Of a stretch of DNA of 64,000 nt, positions 35,501 to 46,372 are shown piece by piece. The position numbers and the translations under genes are program-made. Each line of letters starts with the position of its first letter. The stretch's first letter is position 1. Source of the DNA: Monocercomonoides exilis PA203 (Eukaryota; Protista; Preaxostyla). Below the pieces are notes generated by a model. The model saw nothing but the letters and a program-made list of their open reading frames with translations, did not search any database and was not told the origin of the DNA. The stretch covers positions 434,001 to 498,000 of the forward strand of contig LSRY02000011.1 of the NCBI GenBank assembly GCA_001643675.2, in the 5' to 3' direction.

Positions 35501-38337
35501 GTGGTTTGTGAGATGAAAGCGAAGGTAAGTGATATGCTTCGAAAGGGGTGGGAAACAAAGGAGGCGGAGAAGAAGAAGGAGAAAAAGGTGTTGTGGAGCG
35601 AGAAGGAGAATTTGAAGCAATCGGAAAAGAAGAAGAAGAATATGATGATGACAATAACATAGAATTGGTAGAAGAGGAAGAAGAAGAAGAAATGGAATGC
35701 ACAAAAGGTGATGAATTTGAAGTGCCTGTTGAGAGGGCAGAGAAAGAAGAGTTCGAATGAAGAGACAGACACGAGGGAGACATCACCAGTTGCTGTGTGG
35801 CTGAATCAAAAGACTGCATCGAAGAAGACTTTGAAATGGTGTCGTTTGTAAAAGAAGAAACGGAATTAGTCTGTGGAATTGAAGAAGAAGAGGAGGAGGA
35901 GGAAGAAGAAGAAGAAGAAGAAATAGAAGAAGTGGCATAATATGAAAGAGCAGATGAATTGACAGAAGCAGCAGAAGGAGAGACAGAGTCCGCATTGCGC
36001 GAAAACGAAGGAGAAGAAGGCGGCGAAGGCGAAGAAGAAGGGGAATCTGGAAGAAGAATCACAGAAGGAGATGGAAGGGCGTTACTATTCAGAATTGAGG
36101 AATGGTATGCATTTTGAGAGGTTTGCTTGTCTGCTGCTGCTGTTTCAGAGGGAGAAAAGAGTTTTGTGTTTTTGAGAGGAGTTGGAGTGCTGATGAAAAT
36201 GTTGTTTCTGTTTGAAGTTGATTGAGAAAATGTGTCTGATGAAGAAGATTGAGGAATGATTGGCGAGGAAAGAAGAGAAGATCTGGCAGGCGAGCTGAAA
36301 GAGAGGGAGGAATAAGAAGAGACAAGAGTTGATAGATTGGATGGCTTTGAAGAAGAAGCAGAAGAAGAAGAAGAAAGAACGGTTTCTGAAAAAGAAGAAG
36401 AAGATGATGATGATGATGATGAAGTTAAAGATGAAGTGGAGGAAGAAGATGAAGAAGATGTGAGAGAAGAAGAGGAAGATGTACCAAGAAGAGAAGGCAA
36501 AGGAAGATTAGGAACAGGATTAAGTATGATCGGGTTATATGAAGAGATAAATGTTGAAATGGGCATAGAATCAGAAAGTGCATAAGATGAAAGTGGCAAA
36601 GAAGAGGAGGAAGAGGAGGAAGATAAAGATAAAGAAGACGATGACGATGATGAAGATAAGGAAGAGGATGAGGAAGAAGAAGAGAAAGAAGAGGAGGAAG
36701 AGGAAGAAGAAGATGAAGATGACAAAAAAGGTACAGTTGAAAGAGATGGGCATTGTGACAGGAATTTCATTTCAAAAGGCTCAGTGGAGAATGACAGAGA
36801 AGTGATGGTGTATGAGTTTCTGTGGTGAATGTCGTCATCAGGGCACAAATCAATAGAGCGAACATAACTCGGGGCAAATGGCTTAAGAAATGGAGACAGC
36901 AGAGGCTGGATGAATGATTTGATGCATGATATCATGTAGTCTTCTGAAGAAGAGAGAGAAGAAGAAGAAAAAGAAGAAGAAGAATTTGATTCTGTTGTCA
37001 ACGCAAAAGGAGAAGGAGCAGCGCTTTCCGGCAGATCTGCCGGTGGCAATGTTGAAGAATTGCATGTCTTGTTTGTGCGCTCCTTCTGGTTTGAATCTCC
37101 CCACGAGACAACAAAACGTGTCCACTCGCTCATCGCATACAGCGACACAACGCCATCAGCACTTCCAACAATCACGCGATGGAGTGATGATGAGAAGCGA
37201 ATGGATGTCAGTCGCTTAAAAGCACATGGAAATGAGGTTAACGGTCGACGAGTAGGCATTTTGTGCATTTGTTGGATGGAGTCCCAACTGTCTGAGGAAA
37301 CTGGCATGTTGGATGTGTTCATAGCTTGCTGCAATGAAGAACATAAAAATTCTGACAGTGTAGCTAATTCCTCGCGAGATATAAGAGGAAATGCGATGCA
37401 ATGAGGAGAAGCTTGTGGATAGCAAAAAGAAGAGGTCTGAGTCGAGGAAATTGAACGTCTTTGTTGTTGAGCTGTTCCTGAAGATACATGTTCATTTGAT
37501 TCAATTTCAACTTCCTTCGAAATAGTGACACGGTACGGTTGAAGGTCGTGTGGATGAGAAATTAGTTCAGTAAGTGGATAAACAAACGCTAATCCGCAAT
37601 TAGTAATAATCCCCAACGAGTTCATTCCTATTCCGCACGAAATTTTTGAAATTCCGCATTTTTCTTCATCCAATTTATTTTCGTAAAAAAATTGAGAATG
37701 AGAAAAACAATGAAAACAAAGAGATTGCGATAAATTAATGTATAAAGTTGGTGTTGAAGAGTTCCAACGCACAAAAGAAATTCCAAGAGATGATGAATGT
37801 CCAACAAGAAATCCTTTTCCAGCATTGCATATGCAACAGCCAAAAGGAATTTGAAGACATTGCATGTGTTGAATAGCAATTTGATATTTCATTTGCGCTA
37901 AGGCATGACTACGAGCAGTTGATGAAGATGCAAAATGCTCCATACTTATAAATGATGATGGTCCTCTTCCAGTCGGATCTTTTGAAGTAATGACATATTG
38001 ATCGATTATTCCTGAGTTCGTCTATTATTATGTTATTAATTAAGAAAAATGTTAAAAGATAAAAGAAATCTCAATGCGATAAAAAGCATACAATAACGGC
38101 AATCATCTTTCCATCAGAACTCCAAGCAAACTCCTTATTTCCCTTTGAACTCCAAATTTCTTGAGCTGTTCTTTTTAATGTACAAAGGATAGAACGTGGG
38201 GTATCAGTGGTCCAAATTGAAATGCTTGATTTTGTCAAAATTGCAAATAAACGACATGTTGGACATTCTTCGACTTGCAAAGGTGTCTCGTTTTCCGGAA
38301 GTGAATGAAAAGAAGAACATCCAATTGCATAAAACAT
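29585..38337 (-). CDS. RIC1: RIC1 (Rab6/Ypt6 GEF subunit) homolog, ~2858 aa; exons 38337-38092, 38021-30456, 30349-29585
   Basis: N-terminus MFYAIG...LFAILTKSSISIW...LKRT...FAWSSDGKMIAVI|TNSGII follows the RIC1 start (MYF..GWP...FAVL...LSIW...W.PD..MIAV.T..G). C-terminal LEWMLNEFKEGGWVEFAIAFSIFLN resembles the RIC1 C-terminal region. Two phase-0 GT-AG introns join three ORFs. Confidence 0.75.
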
Positions 38338-38883
38338 TTACAATTTTAGAGATAAGAAGAATGTGAAAGAAGTGAAGAAGAAGAAGAAATAAAACAAAAA
38401 CTCTTTTGTGAAAGAAATAAAATTATTCTTTATAATAAATATTTTTTGATCAATTTTTGTTTCAAAAACATTTGCTCAGTCTTTGCTGAAGAATCGAGAT
38501 TGTGGATATTTGACATATGTTCTTTATTTTCATCCTTCAAAAAGAGATAACATGAGTGAGTTCCCAAAAGAATAAGTAAATTGAAATTGTGAAAGAGGAT
38601 GTTGTTGACTTTTAAATCAATAAAAAATCTAATATTTAATTGCAACAGATCAGGACTTAGTTATCTAACAATTGATGATATGTTTTTCGATATGAATAGA
38701 TGCAAATAATCAATTTTCATTCATTTGTTATTCATTGAACAAAGTGTGATAAAATTTAACTTTCGACTCATTCAGAAATAATTAATAAAAGTGGTCTTAA
38801 AAAAACAATGAAAATGAGTGATTATTCACGTTTAATCAATATTACCATAATAAATAAATATTTGTTTTATTTTACTCTTTTTC

Positions 38884-39841
38884 ATGTTTATTTTAATTTT
38901 ATCGATTATTACATCATCAGAACATTGTTTAACAATAGATGATTTCGAGCTAGACACCATTACAAAAAAAGAGCATGTTTTTTAATTGTTATGAATGGCA
39001 TTTTAAAGCATCTGCTTCTTTCAGGCCTTATTCCACTGAAATGAATAATTTTAAGTTTTACTGGAATTTCAGAAAGCCATTTAAAGATGAAAACAATAAT
39101 ATTTGTGAATCTGCTGATTGCGTTGCTCAAAAGCAGTTTCATATAACAAATTACTGCAGTTGCGTTGGTGAAAACTCTACTGAATCTTCACGCGTTTTTG
39201 CCAGTAATGATGGGATTGAAATGACTTGTATGTGTAAATTTCATAAATCAACATTAATCATTGCTTGATTCAGACACTTATTTTGACAACTATGCAACTC
39301 AGACTTTTAAATTAAAAGTTAAATGTGGAAATTCAACAAAATGGAAAGCAGAGAGCGACAGGTTTGATTCTATAACTATTTGGGTATTCGTATCAAATTT
39401 GCATTTCAATAGAGACACTGTTGTAGTTGATTATGAAGGACCTGAAGGTTGTCCCAAAAAAAATGACGACCCTGGATCAGAGAAGAAAAAGAAAAAGCTG
39501 TCGTTTGGATCCATTATGCTCATTATTATATCTGTTGCTCTTGTTCTTTACTTTGCCGCTGGGATGCCATTAATGGTTTGTATTTGTGAATATAAATTAC
39601 CTTATTGATAAAAATATTTTAAAAAAATATTTGAATGTTTGCATAACATATATTTTTGATTGTGATACATTGTGGATGATGCATATTTAAAAAATAGTTC
39701 TTTGCATTTAAGAAGAGAGGAATAGAAATTATTCCTTTTGTATATTTCTGGTCTTCGATTCCTAGAATGGTAATTCTTGGAATAAAGACAATTCTCAGTC
39801 CGTGCCTTAGCAAATCTCGAGGATTTAAAGAAATGCAATAG
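38884..39841 (+). CDS. ATG27 / cation-dependent mannose-6-phosphate-receptor-like type I membrane protein, ~245 aa; exons 38884-38972, 39025-39227, 39274-39575, 39698-39841
   Basis: Signal peptide; Cys-containing MRH-like lumenal domain (CLTIDDFELDTI...FKFYWNF...VKC...GPEGCP); TM LSFGSIMLIIISVALVLYFAAG; cytosolic KRGIEIIPFVYFWSSIP typical of the family; ends GFKEMQ. Confidence 0.7.
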
Positions 39842-40498
39842 CGCATATTTTGAATAAAATTAAAATGAGTTCTTTATACAATGTCTTTAAATGCAACAAT
39901 CATTCATTTCAAACCTTTTTGTCTTTGTTTTAGTTTGATTATTAGAACTTGAGTGCTCTCTTGAACATGTAGTTTATTCTTATTTTTATGAAACTTCATT
40001 TTAAATCAAATTTCTTGATATTTTCAATATATTTTTTGTATTTTCTTGATTTTTTTATCGAAGAAACTGTTGGAAGTCAAAACTGATCAAATGTCATTTT
40101 TTAATTGAACACAAATTTTTTTAGCTTTTGTTATTTCTAACTTCTAAAAAGATCGTTTTTATGTGGATATTTTTTTCGAACATAAAGTATTGGAATAATA
40201 ACTGGTTAAAAGAACTTTGGGCAGTGTGATCCATTTTGTTATCAAATTTTTTATTTTCACCACAAAGAAAGCCTTTATGAATTGTCAAATTTTCTTTTTG
40301 AAATCTGAATCATTTGAAAAAGTTAGAAACTTAAAATTTTTTGAATATTTGAATTATTTCATTTTTCTTCAAGTTCTTCATAAATTTCAACAGAAATTTT
40401 TGAATTGTTAAAATATTATTTTTATTTAAAAAATGGAATCATCCAATTCACGCATCATGAGAACGCAAAATGAAATATTTAATTTCCATTTGCAATAT

Positions 40499-40740
40499 GG
40501 CTAATTTTTTTTGAAAAGTTCCTTTTGTTTAATTTTCAAACAAAATAAAATTTTCATATTTTTATCAGTTCTTTGTTCCCACGGATTAAACTTTCCTAAA
40601 ATGGATATCAAAACCTCAACAATGTTATGATTTTCGTTTTATTGAAGTTTCAAACGTGGGAACAAAAAATTGAAAAAAATATGAAAATTTTATTTTGTTT
40701 GAAAATTAAACAAAAGGAACTTTTCAAAAAAAAATTAGCC
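40499..40740. mobile_element. Intact family B MITE (242 bp), ATAT target duplication
   Basis: ATAT|GGCTAATTTTTTTGAAAAGTTCCTTTTGTTTAATTTTCAAACAAAATAAAA... pairs over ~60 bp with ...TTTTCAAAAAAAAATTAGCC|ATAT. Confidence 0.9.
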
Positions 40741-41057
40741 ATATATTAGAAAGTCGGTTTGTTAAAAGCAAATTGGCAAGCTAGTGAATTTTAACCACTT
40801 TTGTTCTTCTTTGTGCTGTTTCCTTTTTCTGTATCAACACAACATTATTTCGAAAGTCGAAAATCACAAAATACATTACGAAATGCATTTCTCTCAATAA
40901 AAAGAATTTTTTTTTTAATTTTTCAATTTTCACATTCAAATGGGGAATATATATCTAATGTTCTCTTGGGATCATACACCAATTCTCTGAATGAATTTTT
41001 CTCTTTCTTCTTCAAAAAAAATTTTTTTGGAATTATTCTGCATTTTTCATAGCATAT

Positions 41058-41312
41058 GGGTGATTATTTTTGAAATCATATTTTTTCTATCAAAAAAAAC
41101 AGTGATAATTTTTCTTTTGAATATTCGTAAATGATCCCTGAAAAGTGAACATTCTTATCCGATAAATGTTTTTCTTTATTTCAGCTTGAAAATATATTTT
41201 TGAAACAGATATTATGAATTCTTCATTTGAATTCAAAATCTCTTCTCAAAGACAAACAATCAAAAAAAAATCAACACCTCGAAAAAAGTTATGATTTCAA
41301 AAATAATCACCC
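41058..41312. mobile_element. Family A MITE (255 bp)
   Basis: GGGTGATTATTTTTGAAATCATA ... TATGATTTCAAAAATAATCACCC. The interior is the reverse complement of 13498-13755. The left flank is ATAT but the right flank is GATT, so the TSD is not preserved. Confidence 0.85.
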
Positions 41313-41341
41313 GATTCAATTTTGGAATTTATTTACCATTT

Positions 41342-41608
41342 GGGATAAAATATTTGACTTCAGGCATTATCATTGAAAAATCATGAACTTTTCATTGATT
41401 TTTTTAAGATCAAAAATAATGAAAAAATATGAATTTTTTTTAAAATACATGTGAGGTCACAAACATTTTGTTATTCCATAAATGACGTTTGTTCACAGTT
41501 GTAAAAATATCATTTATTTTGTAATCTGATTAAGTTAAAAAATGTTAAAAGTAAAACAATTCTTTCAAAATTTGTCCATAAAAGGCATGAAAGTCCATAT
41601 TTTCCCCC
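41342..41608. mobile_element. Family C MITE (267 bp)
   Basis: ATTT|GGGATAAAATATTTGACTTCAGGC ... GGCATGAAAGTCCATATTTTCCCCC|ATAT. It is a diverged reverse complement of 42450-42717. Confidence 0.75.
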
Positions 41609-41612
41609 ATAT

Positions 41613-41852
41613 GGGTAATTATTTTTGAAAAGTCGCAAAAGTTTAATTTTCATATAAATCAATAATATCATATCTTGATCAAATTTCGGTTCCTGCTCAT
41701 GAAACTTTTCCAAAGCGGAGGATATAATTTGACAATGCTATTTAACACATTCCTGTGAAGTTGCATGAGCGGGAACCGAAATTTGATCAAGATATGATAT
41801 TATTGATTTATATGAAAATTAAACTTTTGCGACTTTTCAAAAATAATTACCC
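41613..41852. mobile_element. Foldback MITE (240 bp) with 81-bp perfect arms, ATAT target duplication
   Basis: 41613-41693 is the exact reverse complement of 41772-41852, and imperfect pairing continues ~14 bp further in. Ends are GGGTAATTATTTTTGAAAAGT. Confidence 0.92.
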
Positions 41853-41856
41853 ATAT

Positions 41857-42334
41857 GACAAATGAATCGAAGGTAACAACTTCTGTTTCCCTTTCCTTGT
41901 ATAATCTCCATAGAAAGGATTTCCCCAGTGTGTAATTATATCGGAAGATAAAAGATGAAATGAGAATCCTTCAAAACGAATTTTCTTCTTTCAATGATAG
42001 CTGGAAGTAGAACTGTCAAAGAAAATTTCCTGAAAGAAGCTTTAACATTCCAGTTGTTTTTATTTATTTTATATCAAGATCAGAAGTTAAAAATGTTGTT
42101 TGTATCTTTGGGAGAGTCACTCTTGTCCACTTCACAACAAATGGAAGAAAAAACAATCAGCAGCTGTTCCAGCAACAAAAGTTGATTTGAACATTGTTTC
42201 TGTTGTTTTCTAAAATCTGTTTTGTTCAAAAACAGGATGAAAAAACGTACTGTGAGATGAAAAAGCAATTCGAAGTATTGAAAGATCAATATTGAGTCAA
42301 AAATTTTGTCAAGTGGCAAATGTTTAATAATCAC
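41857..42334 (-). pseudogene. Second decayed pogo DDE_1 transposase fragment, cut by the MITE cluster
   Basis: MFKSTFVAGTAADCF, NNWNVKASFRKFSLTVLLPAIIERRK and EVVTF parallel MPNATLCVAAAADGY, NDGWKTEVLFKKFAEDVLLPGIVERRT and DVVTF of the 10686-11973 copy. Confidence 0.65.
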
Positions 42335-42449
42335 TTTAAACTTAATATCTTATTTATGAATCATTATATGCATCAAATACATAAAAAAAATTTGACAAAT
42401 AAAAAAAACATGCTAATATTTGTGATTATTAAATATTGAATTCACATTT

Positions 42450-42717
42450 GGGGAAAAATACGGACTTTCAAGCTTTTTTTGCACAAAGCATTGAAAAATT
42501 GCTTCTCTCATGACATTATATAACTTTATCAGATTTTAAAATAAATTTGATTTTCATATCCGTAAGCATGCATCGTAGGAATCAGAACATCAAGTTTTCC
42601 AACATTTTACGAGTGTCAAAAAATAAACAAATTTTTATTGTGTTTTTTGATCAAAAATAGTCAATGAAAAGTGCAAAATTATTCAATGAAAATGCCTGAT
42701 GCACAATATTTTGCACC
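42450..42717. mobile_element. Family C MITE (268 bp), ATTT target duplication
   Basis: ATTT|GGGGAAAAATACGGACTTTCAAGC ... GCCTGATGCACAATATTTTGCACC|ATTT. Confidence 0.75.
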
Positions 42718-42901
42718 ATTTATCTAAAAAAGAAAAATTTATTGAAAAAACTGATAAAAAAATGTGACGTTCAATAAAAAAGAAAAAAATTCATTTCTGT
42801 GTTTCAAATACAATTAAACTGATTTGTTTCAAATTCCATGAGAAATGCATCTAATGTGTCAAATTGTGCTTTTTTTGTATATATCTGAATGTCTATCTTC
42901 C

Positions 42902-42902
<1 letters not shown>

Positions 42903-42943
<41 letters not shown>
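42903..42943. repeat. Poly-T tract (41 nt)
   Basis: Directly visible homopolymer. Confidence 0.9.
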
Positions 42944-43457
42944 CTGCTCTCTTTCAAAAAAATAAATAGCACCTTTGACAGTTGATTCTGCTAACTTTCG
43001 ATTGAAAAACTTTCTTCATTGAATGATGTGGTGAATATATTCTTTCAGGAAGTTATATTTTATAAAATATTTTGATTATTGAATAACCCTTCACTATTAT
43101 CTCCTGGAGTTCCAAAGCTTTTCTTTCAGCAAATAGAAAATATACTCAGACGAAATTGAGTGTGTTAACTTTAATTATTAATCACCAAAAAAATTCTTTT
43201 TTCTGAAATAATTTTTTTGATGCAATTGATAACAGTCAGTTGTTGAAACTATCATATTTTAGTACAATGTCTTTTTTTGGTTCATTGGTTCAATTTTAAA
43301 AACATATCATTATAAACATTTAGACATTTCATAACAATTTAACTTCAAAAAAATATTCTCTTCCCACATATCCAATTTTTAAAGAGTTTTTTAAACAATA
43401 AATAAAATAGAAAATTCTATTCCATCTTTGATTAAGTCACAAGAAGTTCTCCGGTTA

Positions 43458-45443
43458 TTATTCTATATCCTTTGCATTGTCAATTTCCACCATTTTTGTC
43501 TCTTTATCATTATTTGTGGATTCAATGTTGGATTTTTTATTTTCTTTAAAATTTTCCACTTTTTTCCCATATGTATCAGAAATGCTCTTTGATGGACTTT
43601 TAAAATAAGATTCTTCATCTAATCCTTCAAGAATTATTTCGTTGTCTGCCATCGTAATTAAATTTGTGTTTTCAATTGATTTATCATCTGAACATTCCAT
43701 TTTCTTTTCTTCTATTACAATTTCACCTTCTTCAGGATCAGAAGAAAGTTCAATTGGCAAAATAGCTTTTTCTGCTTCTTTCGAGTTTTTTGATTTTTGT
43801 CGTTCTCTTCGGAGTTTGCCAGAACCTAATATTTTCACATCGTCCTCAAATTCTGGGGAAATAATATCAATCTCACTCAATTCTTTTGTTTGAACATTTA
43901 TTGCAGCATCATCTATATTTGTCGGATCATCAGATAATGTTATTACACTAACTTGATCAAATTCTGAAGGAATTGGAGAGAAGCAGCCCTCAACCGCTGC
44001 CGATGGCGAAAGAACAGGTCTTTCTGAAATAAAAGAAGATGACCTCTCTTCAAAAGAACATTTGCGCTCAGTAGAAGAACACGAATTAGACGTAAAGGCA
44101 TTCGGCACCCAATGCGATGCACGATATCCAAGCGAAGATGGATTGTCATTGCATTCATCTGATATTAATGAAGAAAGAAATGCATCAGGATCAAACGAAG
44201 ACAATATATCATCTGTGAATGGAGGGACAAAAGGAGATTCTATGCGAATGCGCTCTCCAGCAGGAGAATGTTGTGATCTACTTGAAAATGATGGAGAAGG
44301 CTTTGATGCTGGAGAAGATGAGTTTGCTGGAGAACTGGAGTGCTGACGTGAATGTAAACTCTCAGAACAAGGCGATGTTTTTGCGGAGTAGATGCGATGC
44401 AGCTTTTGAGGAGCAGACTGATGTTTACTGGAATAATAGTCTCTTTTCCTTTCATCGTCATCATCTTTCAAATATCTAGTCGAACTTGAACTATCTGCTG
44501 ATCTCTCGCGCCAGCTTGATTTTGACCTTTCAGAAACTGACCTCCCGCTGTCTGACCTTCCTGATCTGGATGATCCATCTTGCCAACTTTGATCATAGTC
44601 TTTTCTGCTCCCATAGCGATCTCCATCGTAATGACTTGAATAGTCGCTTTTCCTCTTTGCCCATTGGCTGTGCGGGTCTGACTTGCTTGACCCTGGGCCA
44701 TAACGCTGCTCATCTTCAGAATCTCTTTCCAGTTTCCTGTCACGAATGCGCTCGGATTCAAATCTTCCATAATCTCTATATCTCCTTTCATTTCTATCAT
44801 TTCTCTCGTCTTTTCCCCTTCTCCAGTCTCTCCTTTCTTCCATTTCTTCTCGTTTTTCAAAATGATCTCGACTACGTTGATAGCTTTGCTCCATTTCACT
44901 ATCTGTATCATATTCAGATCTTGATTCATAATCTTTGCGTCCTCTTTCTTCTGGGCGATACATTTGGCGATTCCGTCTTTCTGCTTTTAATTCTGCTTCA
45001 ACAGAAAAATCAGAAAATGGACTTCTTTGGTCATATTTCTTACGGAGCATGATTCGTTCATCAAGCGTTATTAAATGCTTGTAATCAGCGTCTGAATCAA
45101 ATTTGCATTCACTTTCGTAATTATTCGCAGAATCTATTTTTTTATCTTCAAATTCATCTGAAACATCTTTCGAATAAGTAAAACGAGGCAGAAGTTGATA
45201 AATAGCCATTAGACGTTTTTCTATCAATAAACATATTTCATCTCTCCTTTGTTGCTTTTGTTTTTCTTCTTCTTTCTTGGAAATTTCAAACTCAGCTGAA
45301 ATATTGTTATTTGAGTTATTATCTTCTTCAATATTAGAATTGCAAATAATTCCAGTTTCAGATTTTTTAATTGGCATAAATTTGTTTGTTGCAGCATCTT
45401 CCTTATTTTTAAGAACGCATTTATTTTCCACGAATAATTGCAT
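43458..45443 (-). CDS. Hypothetical Arg/Asp/Ser-rich low-complexity protein (661 aa; may have upstream exons)
   Basis: Long ORF with an RD/RE/RS dipeptide-rich centre and an acidic tail. No recognisable domain. Confidence 0.7.
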   Translation of the reverse strand: MQLFVENKCVLKNKEDAATNKFMPIKKSETGIICNSNIEEDNNSNNNISAEFEISKKEEEKQKQQRRDEICLLIEKRLMAIYQLLPRFTYSKDVSDEFEDKKIDSANNYESECKFDSDADYKHLITLDERIMLRKKYDQRSPFSDFSVEAELKAERRNRQMYRPEERGRKDYESRSEYDTDSEMEQSYQRSRDHFEKREEMEERRDWRRGKDERNDRNERRYRDYGRFESERIRDRKLERDSEDEQRYGPGSSKSDPHSQWAKRKSDYSSHYDGDRYGSRKDYDQSWQDGSSRSGRSDSGRSVSERSKSSWRERSADSSSSTRYLKDDDDERKRDYYSSKHQSAPQKLHRIYSAKTSPCSESLHSRQHSSSPANSSSPASKPSPSFSSRSQHSPAGERIRIESPFVPPFTDDILSSFDPDAFLSSLISDECNDNPSSLGYRASHWVPNAFTSNSCSSTERKCSFEERSSSFISERPVLSPSAAVEGCFSPIPSEFDQVSVITLSDDPTNIDDAAINVQTKELSEIDIISPEFEDDVKILGSGKLRRERQKSKNSKEAEKAILPIELSSDPEEGEIVIEEKKMECSDDKSIENTNLITMADNEIILEGLDEESYFKSPSKSISDTYGKKVENFKENKKSNIESTNNDKETKMVEIDNAKDIE

Positions 45444-45964
45444 TTTATCATGAAATTTCAGATAATAATAATTCTAAAAAAACAAAGATATTACAAAACC
45501 TCCATCCCCTTAAAATAAATTAAAATGGCTCAAAAATTCGATAAAAAACTTTTTATGTTGACTTTAAAGTTCCCCAAAGCCAATCTTTATTCGATCTTAC
45601 CCTTTCATTCATAAAAAAGATGAAGCACTCTCCAATCAGAATTGTGGAAAATCGCAATTTTTTCATTAAACCTAAATAAATGTGCATTTATAAAAAAAAT
45701 TTGAGCAAACAATTGCAAAACAATTCAAAAGGCTAAATTATTTTTTTTAATTTATCAATTTCAAAAAAACAGAAAAAAAGAAAAATGTTCATTGATGGCT
45801 CAATATAAAAAGAGTCATCTCAAAAATAATATCCGCATTATACATGAAATAATCATAAAACATGCTCATGCTAAAATATCAGAACAACTAATAATAAAAA
45901 AAATGTCAATTATCAATGTTTGATTCCGTTTTTTTGCTGAAATGAAATTGCAAAAAAACGTTTT

Positions 45965-46303
45965 CTATAAGATATTACAACAGCCACTACTTTTTTTCTT
46001 TGGTGAAGAAGCACGTGTCTCTCTGTCATTGCCTCCTTTTGATTTATATTTATCCATGATAGCTTGAGTTTTTTTGCTTTGTTAACATAAAAGAGATAAC
46101 AATTTTAATTTGAAAAAAATGTTGTATTATATCAACTCCAATTTTTACGGAAAAAACCTTCGTTTATCTTTTGCTTTGACAATTGGTTTTGGTGGTGAAT
46201 CTTCTCTAATCACAGGACGCTCTTCATCCTTTTCATCTCCAAGAATACCTGTCTTGGCTTTTTTTAAAGCTTGCCCAGCGACAAGCTTCGCAGCAAAATT
46301 CAT
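45965..46303 (-). CDS. Complexin-like prenylated protein, 85 aa; exons 46303-46158 and 46076-45965
   Basis: One 81-nt GT-AG intron (it contains an in-frame TAA) gives MNFAAKLVAGQALKKAKTGILGDEKDEERPVIREDSPPKPIVKAKDKRSKKTQAIMDKYKSKGGNDRETRASSPKKKSSGCCNIL. It ends in a polybasic patch plus CaaX. Confidence 0.65.
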
Positions 46304-46372
46304 AAAATATGTGGATAATTAAATAATGGTTAGGAACAATTACTAAATACACATATTATTATTGTTACATAC

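Noticed and set aside
6191-46303. Functional cluster of trafficking genes (Vps24, RIC1, ATG27-like, complexin-like)
   Set aside because: They are spread over 40 kb among unrelated genes on both strands, which is consistent with chance.
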